Below, one piece after another: positions 25,291 through 37,956 of a stretch of DNA of 62,000 bases. How positions within the stretch are numbered: the stretch's first letter is position 1; the number at the start of each line of letters is the position of its first letter. This stretch comes from Wallemia ichthyophaga EXF-994. Lineage: Eukaryota; Fungi; Basidiomycota. The notes under the pieces were generated by a model that was given only the letters and a program-made list of their open reading frames with translations, ran no database searches and was not told where the DNA came from. The stretch lies in the NCBI RefSeq assembly GCF_000400465.1, contig NW_008806275.1:249656-311655 (forward strand). The letters run 5' to 3'. Made by a program: the position numbers and the translations under genes.

Positions 25291-25911
25291 ATGACGACGA
25301 CTAGGCAACTCGACCAGGAAGAGGTGATCCTCGCAGGCAGATTGAATGAAGTGGATCAAGTGGTTGAGGCCATCGATGAATTTGGAATCCACGCACTCCT
25401 CACCGCCAGAGACGACAGAAGCAACTCAATTCTGCACATGTTATCAGCGAATAATCATTTAGAGCTGCTCAAGAGGGTTATCGGTGGCTGTGGTGGATGT
25501 AAGGACGCACTCGCTGCCACTCTCCTCCATCAAAATCAGTCAAAATCCACAGCACTTCATTGGGCAGCTACAAATGGGAACAAAGAGCTGGCTATTTACT
25601 TGTGTGAACAGGCAAGGGATGTGGGTGACGACACAGAGCACAAACTCACTTTCTCCACAAACCAATCTGGGCTCAGTGCTGCTTCTGAAGCTGAGAGAGG
25701 TGGTCATGACGATTTGGTGGTCGAGTTGCTCGCCCGGATGGATGCACTCGATAAGGGAAGCAGAGGTGGTGACGGTGAGGGTGCTGAGGGCGCACAGGAG
25801 CCACTCTCTCAACCTGAAGACTCGCAACCTGAAAACCCACAAGAAGACGTGGTTGTACAAGTAGGCGATACATCCACAATCACAAATAAAGTGGATGAAA
25901 TAAACCTGTAA
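25291..25911 (+). CDS. YAR1: Ankyrin-repeat protein, Yar1-like (Rps3 chaperone)
   Basis: NSILHMLSANNHLELLK and STALHWAATNGNKELAIYL ankyrin repeats, acidic tail. Confidence 0.7.
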   Translation: MTTTRQLDQEEVILAGRLNEVDQVVEAIDEFGIHALLTARDDRSNSILHMLSANNHLELLKRVIGGCGGCKDALAATLLHQNQSKSTALHWAATNGNKELAIYLCEQARDVGDDTEHKLTFSTNQSGLSAASEAERGGHDDLVVELLARMDALDKGSRGGDGEGAEGAQEPLSQPEDSQPENPQEDVVVQVGDTSTITNKVDEINL

Positions 25912-26052
25912 TATTGTAGCCTGATTCATACTCTTTCTCTATTTTTATCGACTTGGTTTCTGCGGGTGATTGGTTTTCAAACTCAGATCCGACGGTGCCG
26001 AGGACCCAACTGAGTAGGAAGCAGCCCACTTGCATTCGACTATCAAACATCC

Positions 26053-28181
26053 ATGGACCATAACAAGAAGAGGAAGAGGCTTACCAAGGTGTGTTCTCTG
26101 TGTGGGTGTGTGGGTGTATTTCTTATCAAACGCTAGGCCTGCGATAATTGCCATAAAGTGGGTGGATTACTTATATCCACGCTATTCTTACAGCTGTGCA
26201 GAACAAACGCCGCTGCGATGGGTTCCTCCCGTGTTCAAATTGGTGTGTTCTCCACTCAACTACACCCCACCTAACACAGCCCACAGCGACTTCTCAGGTA
26301 AACAATGCTCTTATTCAGATAACAATGGCCACTCTATCCCGCCGCCCAAGTCCAGATCAGAGAAAGAGCACGAGTCTCACCTCAAGATAAAAACTGAGTA
26401 CAACCTTTTCTCGAGTGATCTGCACGGCGAGAACAGCAAGGCTGTACTCAATGATCCTCTCCTTAAGAAAGAGCTCGTCCTGCTCTTCCTCGATCACATG
26501 TACCCATTCAACCTCATCTTCCACAAGCCAAGCCTCCTCTATGCCCTCGAGAAGGACAGACTAACCCCGATGCTCCTCAACTCCATCTTCGCCCTCTCTG
26601 CCAGGCTCAGCCCCCACCCCCGCTTCCAGCACATCGAACCTTGGAAGACCGGCGTCGACTTTGCTGCCATTGCCCGGCGTATTCTCTTCGATCCCGATGA
26701 TTTGGGCGCTTGTGCCCTCGACGACAGCAAGCTGGAGGTTGTCCAAACATCTTTACTTCTCGCTGCCCACGATTTCGGCATTGGTCTGTTTAACAGGGCA
26801 TACACTTATCTAGGTGGGAGTGTACCACTTTACTTTTTTTATAGATGGCTGACACCTGATAATTACCCCTAGGCATCGCCATCTCCCAGCTTAAAATATT
26901 GGGTCTTAATCACGACGATTTCGTCACCCCCGCCCCAGAAAATACCCGCGAGAAGTGGATCTCCAGGGAGGAACGCAGACGGACAGGCTGGTGCGTCATT
27001 ATGTTAGACTCCGTCGCTGCCGCTATCAACGGCCGCGCCAAGCCATTCGAAGAGCATGATTTGAAGATGTTCCTGCCCTCTGACGATGTGGCATTTGAGT
27101 TGGCAGTGGGCAATGTCGGCAACAGAGGTGAGTTGACTGTGTATTAGGCTGTCAATGCTAAATACATGTCTTGCAATCCTCAGAATTCATAAACACCCCT
27201 CCGTCAACAGACAACGCGACCACCGAATTCGGCTATCTGATCAGGATAGTGAATGTGTTTTCCAATGTGAGTGGTTTGTGTCTTTGAGTTAAATACCCAT
27301 CTAAAGCACTCCAGGTAATGGGATACATATACTTTCACGAAAAGGAGCGTATGGCAAATGCGTCGCAGAGGAGCACAAACACAACCACTCAATCACCCTA
27401 CTCAAGTCATTCATGCAAGCAGGATCTAGCACAGTGGTCGCAGTCACTACCCCCGCATCTCGAACTAAGCAGTATCAACCTGAACCTGGCCATGATGTCG
27501 ATGCAAGCTGGTGCAAATTCGTCTGGCTGGTGCTACGCACTGATGCATGCCTTCGCAGAGTGCAGCGTCTTTTACTTGCACTCGACAGTCGAGCAGGGAG
27601 CAAGTGAAGAGAGCATGCGAACCAGCGCCGACAGACAGAATCAGAGTGTCGGGAACATGCGCGCGGTAATAGACGCACTGGGAAGAAGCGGACGCAAGAG
27701 TCCACTGCTCATCTACTTTGTCTATGTCGTATCGAAATGGCAGTTGCATGTACAGGGTGCACTCGACGCTGTTGTCGCTGATATTTGGGATGAAGAGCTG
27801 GCCGAGTTGTGGAGAATGGACAAGACACTGCTCACTGGCGATGGCAATTCACCCCCTGTGCTTGAAGAAGAGGGCAGCGAGAATGAGAATGAGAGTGAGA
27901 GTGATAAGGCACATGACACTCATAGCACTCACGCTCACACTAACACCCACACTAACACCATGGAAACTATCGCTAAACTCCTCGAAAACGCTAACCAACC
28001 CGCAGCCACACTCAACACCAGCGTCAATCCAGTGGATCTTAACCTTCTACCCTCTCGTAACCTCCTCTTGTCACCGTCTTTACCGGATTTATTCGCACCT
28101 TCAACCACCACAAGCACTCCGAGCGATCAGCAGCAGCAGCACACGCAAGAAAACGCGGTATTTGGTTTAGGATTGAGCTAG
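26053..28181 (+). CDS. Zn(II)2Cys6 transcription factor with fungal-specific TF domain
   Basis: Spliced MDHNKKRKRLTK/ACDNCHK/NKRRCDGFLPCSNC/DFSGKQCSY; middle region LFLDHMYPFNLIFHKPS...EERRRTGWCVIMLD. Confidence 0.85.
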
Positions 28182-28287
28182 CTTATTAATGTAATATAAA
28201 ATAACAAATTAACATATTTTGCCAGATATTTTTAAATGACATAATCTTCTAATCTAATCGTTCTTCTGCCTGCACCACCATCTTCAC

Positions 28288-29163
28288 ATGACGAGTCCAT
28301 ACTGGAAATTCTTTCAGCGCACCATTGATCAACTAGCGCAGCGGTCAAAAATAAGTGGGTGGAATTAGTGCACAAGCTTGTACGATTCTCACACGTCCAC
28401 AGTCGCCAACGCCTCACCAACACCGACGACGCCCCCAATACGTCTAGCCACGCTGAGGAGCAGCTCCGATATCTCCAACTGGGCTGTTGGCTGCGATGGT
28501 GATATGGGCGGGCGCAGTCGGGCGCAGCTTGAATACGTGGGCGGTGTGAATGTGAGTGGGGGCGAGGAGAAGCATGCGAAATTCAGTGGCGTTCTCGATC
28601 CATACGTCCCCGAACAATGGAAGAAAACTCTCGAGGATGGCGTTAAGGCTAAGAGCGGTTATGCTGGTCTGCGCACTAAAACTCGCACTACACTCTTCGG
28701 TACAGCGTGTTGGGACCTGTCGCTGCACCCGTACCTCGCTATGCGTGTTAGGAATAACATGGCTAAAGGTGGAGGTGCAAGTAGTGGTAGTGTTAGCAAC
28801 AGCAGCGGCTACTTTATCAACATTCAGACAGAAGGCGCTGTACGCAGCGATCTGTTTCAGCATCGCCTCTTCACTCCCCCTAACTCTCACTGGCATACCC
28901 TTGTCGTTCCCCTTAGCTCATTTGTCCTCACTAACGCGGGTGAGACTTCGGATCAGCAACTGCCTATGCTCAGAGAGAAAATTCGCACCGTCGGTATCAG
29001 TCTCCTCGCTAATCCTGATGGTAATAGCACAGGTAGAGTTGAAAATAGCGAACGCTTTGATCTCGATATCGAATGGATTGAGGCGTGGAACGATAGCAAT
29101 CCAGATGTTGTAGCTAGACAGAGTCAAGATGGTAATGATAGTGAGAAGAAGGAAAGTCTATAA
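28288..29163 (+). CDS. CIA30: Complex I intermediate-associated protein CIA30 / NDUFAF1
   Basis: WAVGCDGDMGGRS, SGYAGLRT, YFINIQTEG...DLFQHRL, REKIRTVGISLL, FDLDIEWIEA. Confidence 0.9.
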
Positions 29164-29307
29164 GTTTTGTTGATACATTTTATTCTAATCATTCATTTCT
29201 ATATATTGGTGTCTATACTTGAGTATCTATAAGTGCCTTGTCTATAAGTGCCGTGTCTATTCAATACTGCAATAAATATTAATCATGTCGTCATTATATG
29301 ATGCCGT

Positions 29308-31330
29308 CTATATTTCTCTCTGAAAAGCTCTAAAAATGTCTTGATACGAAGGTGCAGCGTGGTGATGCGATTGCGATTGATTCTGCGACTGTGACTGCAA
29401 CTGACTCACACCCCCAACCCCACTCTTACCACTCTCATACAGGTAGTCGTTGATGAGTTTCTTGGTTCCGTCGGTGATATGCGTCTCGTCCAACCCATTG
29501 CTGAGGTTTGTAACACTGTCGATGGTATCTGGCAGCGCGTGTGTGTAAGGCTGGACGCTGCTGGCTGATGAGAAGGTGGATGTAGATGTCGACGAGCAGC
29601 TCGAGCCTAATCCCGCCCCAACAATCACTCCATGACTGCTTGATTCCTGCGTTGTTCCCGGCAGTGCTTCCATATAACTGAACATCTGTGCCTCTGTTTC
29701 TGCTTCTGCCTTGGGTATGTCGATAGGTACACTCTGGGTATGTTGTGAAGGGATATCGCCGAAGACCTGGTTGATGTAGTTGAAATTGTCGTTGTGATAG
29801 TAGGTATCGCCAATATCGCCAATGCCACCAGCACCACTACCGTCAACACCCTCACTGCCATCTACATCCCCCAACACCATATCGAAATCGAAATCCATCC
29901 TTGCGTCACCCAAGTCGTCACCATACCCATGCCGCGTGAAATCAAGACCATATTCAAGACATGTGTTGTCTATAGCAGCCCATTCGTTAGCCAGATTTGC
30001 CGCTGTTGCCGGTGCGAGCATTACCGCTGGATCGTAAGCCAGATTGGAGAGTGAGGAGGCTTGCGGGTTTGCGTCTGAGTTTGACACGTCTAGTGCGGAA
30101 TCTGACACCCATCCACTCCCACTCCCATTCCCACTCACTTCCTTCTCTTCCATATTGATGTAGTGGTCCATTTCCAGTCGCAGGTAGGGCGGTATGGCGG
30201 ACATGTACATGTCTTCTGGGTGTGTTGGGTGCGCGTAGTGCTTGCACTGCGTGTAGCTGCTCGATGGCTCTGACTGTAAGAATGAGGGTGGTGATGACAG
30301 TGACTGTGAGTACGAGTGTGGATATGAACGTGAAGACGCCGATGCTGTGTCGCTGAATGTGAATGCTGGTAGCTGATTCTCACTCTCATCTATTTCTCGC
30401 TTCACTTGTGCCTCGTCAAAGCTGAGATCAACCGCGAGAGTATTACCAGCGTGTAAGGTTGTTTTCTTGTCATCCTCATGGTTTCTGCTCGCCTCCTCTC
30501 TCCTTCTAAGGCTGTTTCTACTTTTGGTTTGTGCGTTCGCTCTCCCGCGGCGTTGGCCGATGTAGCTAGTGTCCTGTTCGTTGTCGCTGTCATTCTTCTC
30601 ATACATTTCCGTTTCCATCTCCTTTTCGCGCGCCACTTCTGCTTCTTGTTTCTCCCTAATAAGCTCCTCCAGCTCTCTGTGCGCGTCTGTCTCTTTCCTA
30701 CGTGCGCTCTGCGCACCCCGCCCGCTCTTCACCGGCCGCTGTCCCCTCGCGGCGGACTTGGAGCGCACACCTCCACTCTCTTTCCTGCGCGGCTTGTATT
30801 GGTATTCGGGATACATGAGCTTATGCTCCCGCTTCACCTGCTCAGATTTGGCGAGGTAGTGCTCGCGCACCTCCTCCGTCTCATTCAGCCAGCGCGCAGA
30901 CAGATTTTTCGACAACTCCGTCTGTGACTCCCTCAGACACTGTGCCGGCTTCGCGGCCGCTTGCTCCTGTCTGTCGCAGTCGTGAGGTGTGACGTGTGCG
31001 TGTTGACATTTGCTACTCACTTGATCTTCGCTAGACTTTCCGACCGGTAGAGTATCCATGCACTGGTTGGGTGTGAGGCGATGCCGTGTGGTGCGCTGCT
31101 GCTCCAACTCACTTGGCTGGACGCGGCACTTTGGATTTGTTTCTTGATCTCGATTTCTTCGCCGGTTGTGGTGGGTTGATGTGGCTGTGGATGTGGATGT
31201 GTTTCGGATTCTCATTCTGACTCTGCCTCTGATCCAAAGACCCAACACAGATGAACTGTACATCTCCCTCCTTTATTTCGCTCATCTCGCTCATCGGTTT
31301 ATATTCTGAGACCTGTTCGCTTTCGAACAT
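29308..31330 (-). CDS. Sequence-specific (MATA/SOX-type) HMG-box transcription factor
   Basis: Two introns restore KVPRPAN/AWILYRSESLAKIK/QEQ...SARWLNETEEVREHY...HKLMYPEYQYKPRRK; long acidic Ser-rich tail. Confidence 0.85.
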
Positions 31331-31752
31331 ATGTAACACGTTGGAAGCCGTACTAAACGGTGACGACTAAGCTCCTTTTCGGCCATCGTTTTCAGTATTC
31401 ATCCGCGTTATCGCAATGTACCTTATTTGAGAGAACAATGACTTTTACGCATGGCTGACTAAGGCGGCCTAGCCGGTATCTTCTAAAACGAGTGAAACAC
31501 ACCATGCATGTCAATAAAAGTGCGCTGTATATTGTGATTTATTTATGCGCCATTTTGTTTCATTTTGAGGTGGATTAATCGATATTTCTCAATTTTTGCA
31601 CATGCAGGCACACCCCACCGCCTTGAGACAACCCTTTTTTGAGAGATGCATGACGAGTATTCAGATGGTGTGGAGGTGTGCGTAAGTGTAACGAGTTGTA
31701 AGGCTAGTACATCCTGGCTAATGCGTGTCGTGAGCGTGTCGAGTACACCTCT

Positions 31753-32427
31753 TTATACCCTCCTCAGGGCGATAAAGTGGTGATGTACCTCAGGTCTGTG
31801 CACCGCTCTACCATCTCCATCGCTTGATGTTGCATCTTGTGCGCGTATCGACCACCGCTTCTCAATCCGCCAGGCGGGGCACTCGGCAAGGACCTCGAAC
31901 CTGAATGGCGAGTAGGAGCAGAGTAACCACCATCCGCCGCATCTAACGACACGTGCTAGATTCAACGCAAGCGCATATACCGGACTATGGAGTGTCCCTG
32001 GGGAATCCGTAGTGGTCGAAATGGTCCAAGTGTCCTCAACCATGACATCTGCGCCGGTGCTCATCGAATCGGCACAGCACTTGTCAACGACAATGTCTAC
32101 GGGTGGTAGTATCTTCTCTAACTGGCGTGCGTCAAGAAGGTCTGCAGTGTGGTATATTTGGTGGTCTTCGCCGTTCAACTGTCTAGCCCGGTTTATGGCT
32201 TCAAGGGAGTAATCAATATTGTATATTTGAGCAGCACTGTTGATGCTGTGGATAGATTTCGATAGCCTGCTGTTCCCGCAACCGATATGTGCTATAGCTT
32301 TAGCGTGACTATCATCGATCCACGCAGCCGTCTGCTCAATGAACACATCCCCGCCTATCAACCACTCAAATTCATTCTCTTGCTTAAATCGCCTATCCCA
32401 ATACGAAGATTTCCAAAATTCTGTCAT
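31753..32427 (-). CDS. Class I SAM methyltransferase, METTL13/EEF1AKMT4-like
   Basis: YWDRRFKQENEFEWL, HIGCGNSRLS, NIDYS, DIVVDKCCAD. Confidence 0.75.
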   Translation of the reverse strand: MTEFWKSSYWDRRFKQENEFEWLIGGDVFIEQTAAWIDDSHAKAIAHIGCGNSRLSKSIHSINSAAQIYNIDYSLEAINRARQLNGEDHQIYHTADLLDARQLEKILPPVDIVVDKCCADSMSTGADVMVEDTWTISTTTDSPGTLHSPVYALALNLARVVRCGGWWLLCSYSPFRFEVLAECPAWRIEKRWSIRAQDATSSDGDGRAVHRPEVHHHFIALRRV

Positions 32428-32470
32428 TTTAACTCCTTCAACCGCGTCTGCAACGAGGAAGACGTGAAAA

Positions 32471-34337
32471 ATGGCAGAATCATTCGCTAAATTTGATCAT
32501 TTACTCGATAAGCGTTTACTGCGCTCACTCGCGGATATGGGATTCGCAACACCCACGCTCATACAAGCCAAAGCAGTCCCAATCGGCGTTGACGGCAAGG
32601 ATATTCTTGCTCGTGCAAAGACAGGATCTGGGAAAACGCTGGCGTATTTGCTGCCAATTGTTCAGAATCTACTCCGTGATAAGGAGAAAGAGAGCGAAGA
32701 TGTTCATAAACCTGCTTGCAGAGCTTTGATTTTGGTTCCTACGAGAGAATTGAGTGAACAGATAAGCTCACATCTTAAATCACTCGTTAAATATTCATCC
32801 AATGAAATATCTCATGTGAACCTCGCTGGGTCCGGAACAGACAACAAATTTCAACGTTTACTCCTCAGTGACAAACCTGATATAGTTATAAGCACGCCAT
32901 CGAGACTTATTGGTCATCTCCAATCAAAGGCTATTACCCTTGATAGCTTGAAATGCTTGACTATCGATGAGGCTGATTTGATTCTGTCGTACGGTCACGC
33001 AGATGACGTTAAGGCGCTACTTAAAGGTGGTTATCTGCCAAAAATCTACCAATCCTTCCTCATGTCTGCAACTATGACTAGTGATGTTGATAAATTGCGC
33101 GGAATGGTCCTCAGAAACCCTGCTATCCTAACTCTCAGAGACGACGAAGATGGCAGCAGCAACCTCAAACAATACTACGTAAAATGTCCAGAGAATGACA
33201 AATACCTCCTCACTTATGTTATACTCAAGCTCAAGCTGATCAAAGGAAAGGTTATCATGTTTGTCAATAGTGTTGAGAGAGGTTTCAAATTGAGGCTGTT
33301 CCTTGAGGCTTTCGGTATTAGAGCCGTTGTCCTGAATAGGGAGTTACCCATCAATTCACGTTTTCATATCGTTCAAGAATTTAACAAAGGAGTGTATGAT
33401 TACATGATTGCTACAGATGAGGCTGGTGCTTTCGATCAACAGGAGGAAGATGATGAGGAGAGCGATGAAAGTGAAGATGATGAAAACAGCTCATCAGACG
33501 AGGATGACGACGTGGACAAGGAGATTGACGCTGTGCTTTCTTCCGCAGATGAAGAAGATGCAGCTGTCGCCATTCCGTCAGCAGCTGCGCCTAAGAAACG
33601 CAAAAGAGAGAAAGGTAAAGAGAAAGAGGACAGCAAAGACACCAAGGAAAGTAAGAAAGCCAAAACTACCAAGAAGGGTGAAAAAGAGTTTGGTGTTTCT
33701 CGTGGTATTGATTTCGTCGATGTTGCATGCGTCGTCAACTTTGATTTACCAAAGAACATGTCGTCATATGTACACAGAGTTGGTAGGACTGCAAGAGCTG
33801 GTCGCACAGGTATCAGTTTGTCATTCGTCGTTGACAACGAGAAGAAGAGCAAGAGAAATGAGGAGAAATTTTGGAAGAGAATAGCTAAGAGACAGGAGAG
33901 CAAAGGAGGTGTGCATAACTGGGATTTTGATTGGAAACAAGTTGAAGGATTCAAGTATAGAGTTAGTGATGCACTCAGGATGGTGACACCACATGCTGTC
34001 AGAGAGGCTAGAGTGAAGGAGTTGAAGAATGAGATATTGAATAACGACAAGTTAAAGGTATGTTGAGTGGATATTTCACTAGACGTTCTAACAAAAAAAA
34101 AAGGCGCACTTTGAAGATAATCCAAATGATTATGAATTCTTAAAGCATGATAAGCCATTACATCCAATGAGACAGCAGCCACATCTCAAACATGTTCCTG
34201 GATACTTGATGCCACGTATAGCAGGAGTCAAGCAGCCAACGACACCGAATCTTAACCCAGACAAGATTGGATTTAACAAGCGTAACAAGAACAAGCAAAA
34301 GAAGAAGGATCCGCTTAAAAAGTTTTCTAGAAAGTAG
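32471..34337 (+). CDS. DBP9: DEAD-box RNA helicase Dbp9/DDX56
   Basis: AKTGSGKT, PTRELS, IDEADLILSYG, SAT, SRGIDF, HRVGRTARAG; last exon AHFEDNPNDYEFLKHDKPLH. Confidence 0.95.
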
Positions 34338-34797
34338 ATGTACATGTAAAGATTTATTTTATCTGTAAATTCACATAAATAACTCAATTGCCAAGCGAAA
34401 TAGAATTCTTTGTCTGGAATGTCTTCGCGACTGAAGGGATATGCGGAGTGAATCAGATATGAATGCAGGTGAATATTCAAAGGAAAAGGCTAAAATTTAG
34501 TGCAAATGCTAAAGTTTAGTAGCAAATTCAAATAAAGAGTTATAATTCTGTTTGTTTTATTGAGATTTATTTTGAATGAAAATTTACAAGAAAAGAGCGA
34601 GAATTCTATTGGTTATGCAGAATGAAAAGCGTAGGCAGAGATGAATATGCATGCCAGTCCAAAGTTTGATCACCTACAATCACCAGAATATTAGCAGTCC
34701 TTTAATAAAAACCAAAACAAAACATCTTGTTAAATGTGAGTGTTTGAGGGTTATAAAGTGAATTGAAACTAATAAGATATCAAGCAGTTGGCCTTGA

Positions 34798-35958
34798 ATG
34801 TTTAGTGTACAATCACCGTCATCTTTTCATCAATCCTCAACCCAACATAATCATCAAAGTGATTTCACTATCAATCCATTCGATAGTATTCTCCCTCTAC
34901 ACGACGCGATACTTGACTTTAACGGGAATAAGATTTTCAATGATCTCGACTTTATCAATAATCTACCAAAGGCTGTGTCTCCAGTGACGACAACACCACT
35001 ACTCACACCTCAGCCGCATATACCACCGACTATAAACATACCAGCGCCAGAGCCTCGACCATCCACAAGTGAAGGTGTCGTTCGTAAGCCATTGGAAAGG
35101 TCAAACACTAATGTTAGACCAAACAACAAACACAATCAGACACTCAGTTTGAAGACACTTGATGGCAGAAGGGGTAGCAATCAACCAAAGACTAAAAGAC
35201 AGAGAAGACGACACGATGAGATTGAAAGGTTTTATCATTGTGGTTTCAATGGCTGCACAAAGTCTTATGGAACTCTGAATCATCTTAATGCACACGTGAT
35301 ATTTCAAAAACACGGTCCAAAAAGGTTACCAAGTGAATTCAAGGAAATACGTGAATACCAGAGAAACAGAAAAAAGGAAGAGTTGAAGCTGAAGAAGATG
35401 TTTGAAGATGAAGCTACGAGTGTTAGTGTTGGTGGTACATCTACCAATACACCATTAACAACGCCGTATGATGAGACGCTGCCAGCATTACCCAGCTCAG
35501 CACCACCAACACAAACATCATTCAGTGATAATGTTCAGGATATAAATCACGATGATCTGTTGATCAAGTTGAGCGAGAGTGGAGGAGTTGGATATGGTGA
35601 TGTGGGCGTGGGCGTCGGTGTAAGTGAATTAAATGGAGGTGATTTGGGTACAGGTGATATAAGTACAGGTGATGTAGGCATGCCATTCAGTGCACCAGTA
35701 ACCAAGACATCATTCTTTGGTGGAGAAGAGGTGAGCAACGATGATAATGACAATGGCATGGACTTCAGTGAAGCAATCGAGAGAAACCTGAGCACGCTCA
35801 CACTCCCTGAAAATCTTTCAGAAGCGTTAAGCTTGATGGACAGGCAATCTAGCAGTGTAAGCAGTGAAGATGAAACGGTCAGCACAGTTGATAACATGAT
35901 GACGCCATTGCCACTATCGCTCTCGGTTGATAACAACTTTATGAATATGATGAATTGA
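34798..35958 (+). CDS. C2H2 zinc-finger transcription factor, Con7-like
   Basis: KRQRRRHDEIERFYHCGFNGCTKSYGTLNHLNAHVIFQKHGPKRLPSEFKEIR matches the Con7 core. Confidence 0.8.
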   Translation: MFSVQSPSSFHQSSTQHNHQSDFTINPFDSILPLHDAILDFNGNKIFNDLDFINNLPKAVSPVTTTPLLTPQPHIPPTINIPAPEPRPSTSEGVVRKPLERSNTNVRPNNKHNQTLSLKTLDGRRGSNQPKTKRQRRRHDEIERFYHCGFNGCTKSYGTLNHLNAHVIFQKHGPKRLPSEFKEIREYQRNRKKEELKLKKMFEDEATSVSVGGTSTNTPLTTPYDETLPALPSSAPPTQTSFSDNVQDINHDDLLIKLSESGGVGYGDVGVGVGVSELNGGDLGTGDISTGDVGMPFSAPVTKTSFFGGEEVSNDDNDNGMDFSEAIERNLSTLTLPENLSEALSLMDRQSSSVSSEDETVSTVDNMMTPLPLSLSVDNNFMNMMN

Positions 35959-36364
35959 AAAGAATGTTAATCTCATTGATAGCTTCTTCCTGATTGGATG
36001 AACCGTGAAAAGTGTTGCGCGTGTCTGTTAAGCCATATAGGGATCTTAGAGTGTGTGGCTGTGTGTACTTGGAAAGATAAACTTTATTTGGACCAATTAA
36101 GTTACGCCATTTCTGGATTGCGTCTTGGCCCGATAAGACATAGCAATGTATCGAACCTGAGGACATGGAGAGAAGGAGTCTTCGAAAGTAGAATTTGTTA
36201 GCGTGTTCATTATAAAACGCGTCAAGTTGAGCGTGAGTTGGATTGAAGTGTTTGTACTGGATGATATCCAAGCCTGAATTTCTCATGTGTTGCTCAATTT
36301 TGCTCAAAATTTGAGAATTAATGGAAATCGAAGGTTTTACGATGGCTAGCGTTGTTGAATGCAT
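35939..36364 (-). CDS. Nucleoside diphosphate kinase, NME6-like
   Basis: TLAIVKP, FYNEHANKFYFRRL, WRNLIGP, GLTDTRNTFHGS (catalytic His present). Confidence 0.8.
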   Translation of the reverse strand: MHSTTLAIVKPSISINSQILSKIEQHMRNSGLDIIQYKHFNPTHAQLDAFYNEHANKFYFRRLLLSMSSGSIHCYVLSGQDAIQKWRNLIGPNKVYLSKYTQPHTLRSLYGLTDTRNTFHGSSNQEEAINEINILFNSSYS

Positions 36365-36403
36365 TATAAACAAGCGAATACACCTTTGCTTTCAACGTTG
36401 AGG

Positions 36404-37761
36404 ATGAACCACGAGCAGCCCACGCTGAATAGGACAGGATCACTGCCAAATAAGCAATTTCATGTAAATTCGCTTAATGATATTGATCCACATCAATCTA
36501 TCGATGATCTTGAGAGGGAAATTGAATACACGAGGCTATCTAATCAGGGAATTAGACGCCATCAGTCTTTAACATATGGACATAAGAACTATCCAATCAA
36601 ATTAGAGCACTACGATCAGCCTAGCAGGCGCAATAACAAGAAACTAAACCTGATCACTGACTTTAACGACTTGTCCATCCCCGCACAACCTGCATCGGCA
36701 TCTGCTTACGTTCCTCCAATTGGACACAGCTCAGGCATGCACCAGCATCCTACGCATATACACCAACCACCGCCACCACCGCTCTCTGCCACTGCGGCTC
36801 TTTGGAACAACCAAGATAGACAGTCTGTGGTGGGTATGGCACCTTCTTCTCAATGGAGGTGTGTTCATTCGCATACCCTCGCTTTCTCTGCTTACATGCC
36901 TTTAGATTCGATCCTATCACTGGTCAACCTCTCACTCCTCCACCACCACCCCCCAAGAAATCCTTACACTCGAGACTACGCCAACAACATCAACCTATCA
37001 ACACCCCTCTCCCTCCTTCTCCTCCAGCCACCGACATTCATTCGATGATCGCAATGAACGGCTACAACCCAACTCAGTTCGATCTCAATCCAAAACACGC
37101 CAGATTTTTCGTCATCAAATCCTACACTGAAGACGACGTTCACAAATCTCTCAAGTACAACATTTGGGCTTCCACTGAACTCGGCAATCAGAGGTTGGAT
37201 AAAGCATTCAATGAGAGTGCCAATAAAGGTCCTATTTACCTCTTCTTCAGTGTAAACGCTTCTGGTCACTTTTGCGGTATGGCTCAGATGCTCACACACG
37301 TCGATTACGCCACTTCATCCTCTGTCTGGTCTCAGAATGATAAATGGAAGGGTGTCTTCAAACTCAGATGGATCTTCATTAAAGACATTCCAAATTCTAC
37401 TCTCAGACATATAAAACTACTCAACACGAATGAAAAGAAACCTGTGACTAACAGTAGAGACACTACCGAGCTGCTTGATGACGCCGGTAAAGAAATGCTA
37501 AATATCTTCTTCCAATTTAACTCTAGGACTAGTTTGTTACAAGACTTTGACTTTTATGAAATTCAGTCGATTCAAAAGGGCGGCAGCGGTGGCAGTGGTG
37601 GTGTCGGGGGTATTGGCGGTGTCAGTAGTGGAGTCAGTGTTGGCAGCGGTAGTAGTACAACCCCTACATTTAGCCCACCAAATCAACCACTTCATCCAGC
37701 TTATCAATTCCAGCCTTCAAACCCATACTCATTTGCTAATCTCGGTCAACAAGGATGGTGA
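36404..37761 (+). CDS. YTH-domain m6A-binding protein (YTHDF/Pho92-like)
   Basis: [26 protein letters not shown]...[18 protein letters not shown]...WIFIKDIPN...VTNSRDT; one intron near 36860-36905. Confidence 0.9.
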
Positions 37762-37956
37762 TCTCTCTTTCTCTCTGTTCACATTACACTACATTTACTT
37801 ATAGACATAGCTCAAACTGCGATCCTTTAATCCTCTTGAATAGCTGAATATTGCTTATATTTCACTCCGTATCTCCACTGCTATACACTCTAATTTGCTA
37901 CTGTTAAGTATTATTGATAACATGAAACATATTATTTAAGACGGTATATAAATAAA

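Noticed and set aside
29308-31330. Mating-type locus
   Set aside because: No homeodomain, STE3 receptor or CAAX pheromone gene is seen near the HMG gene.
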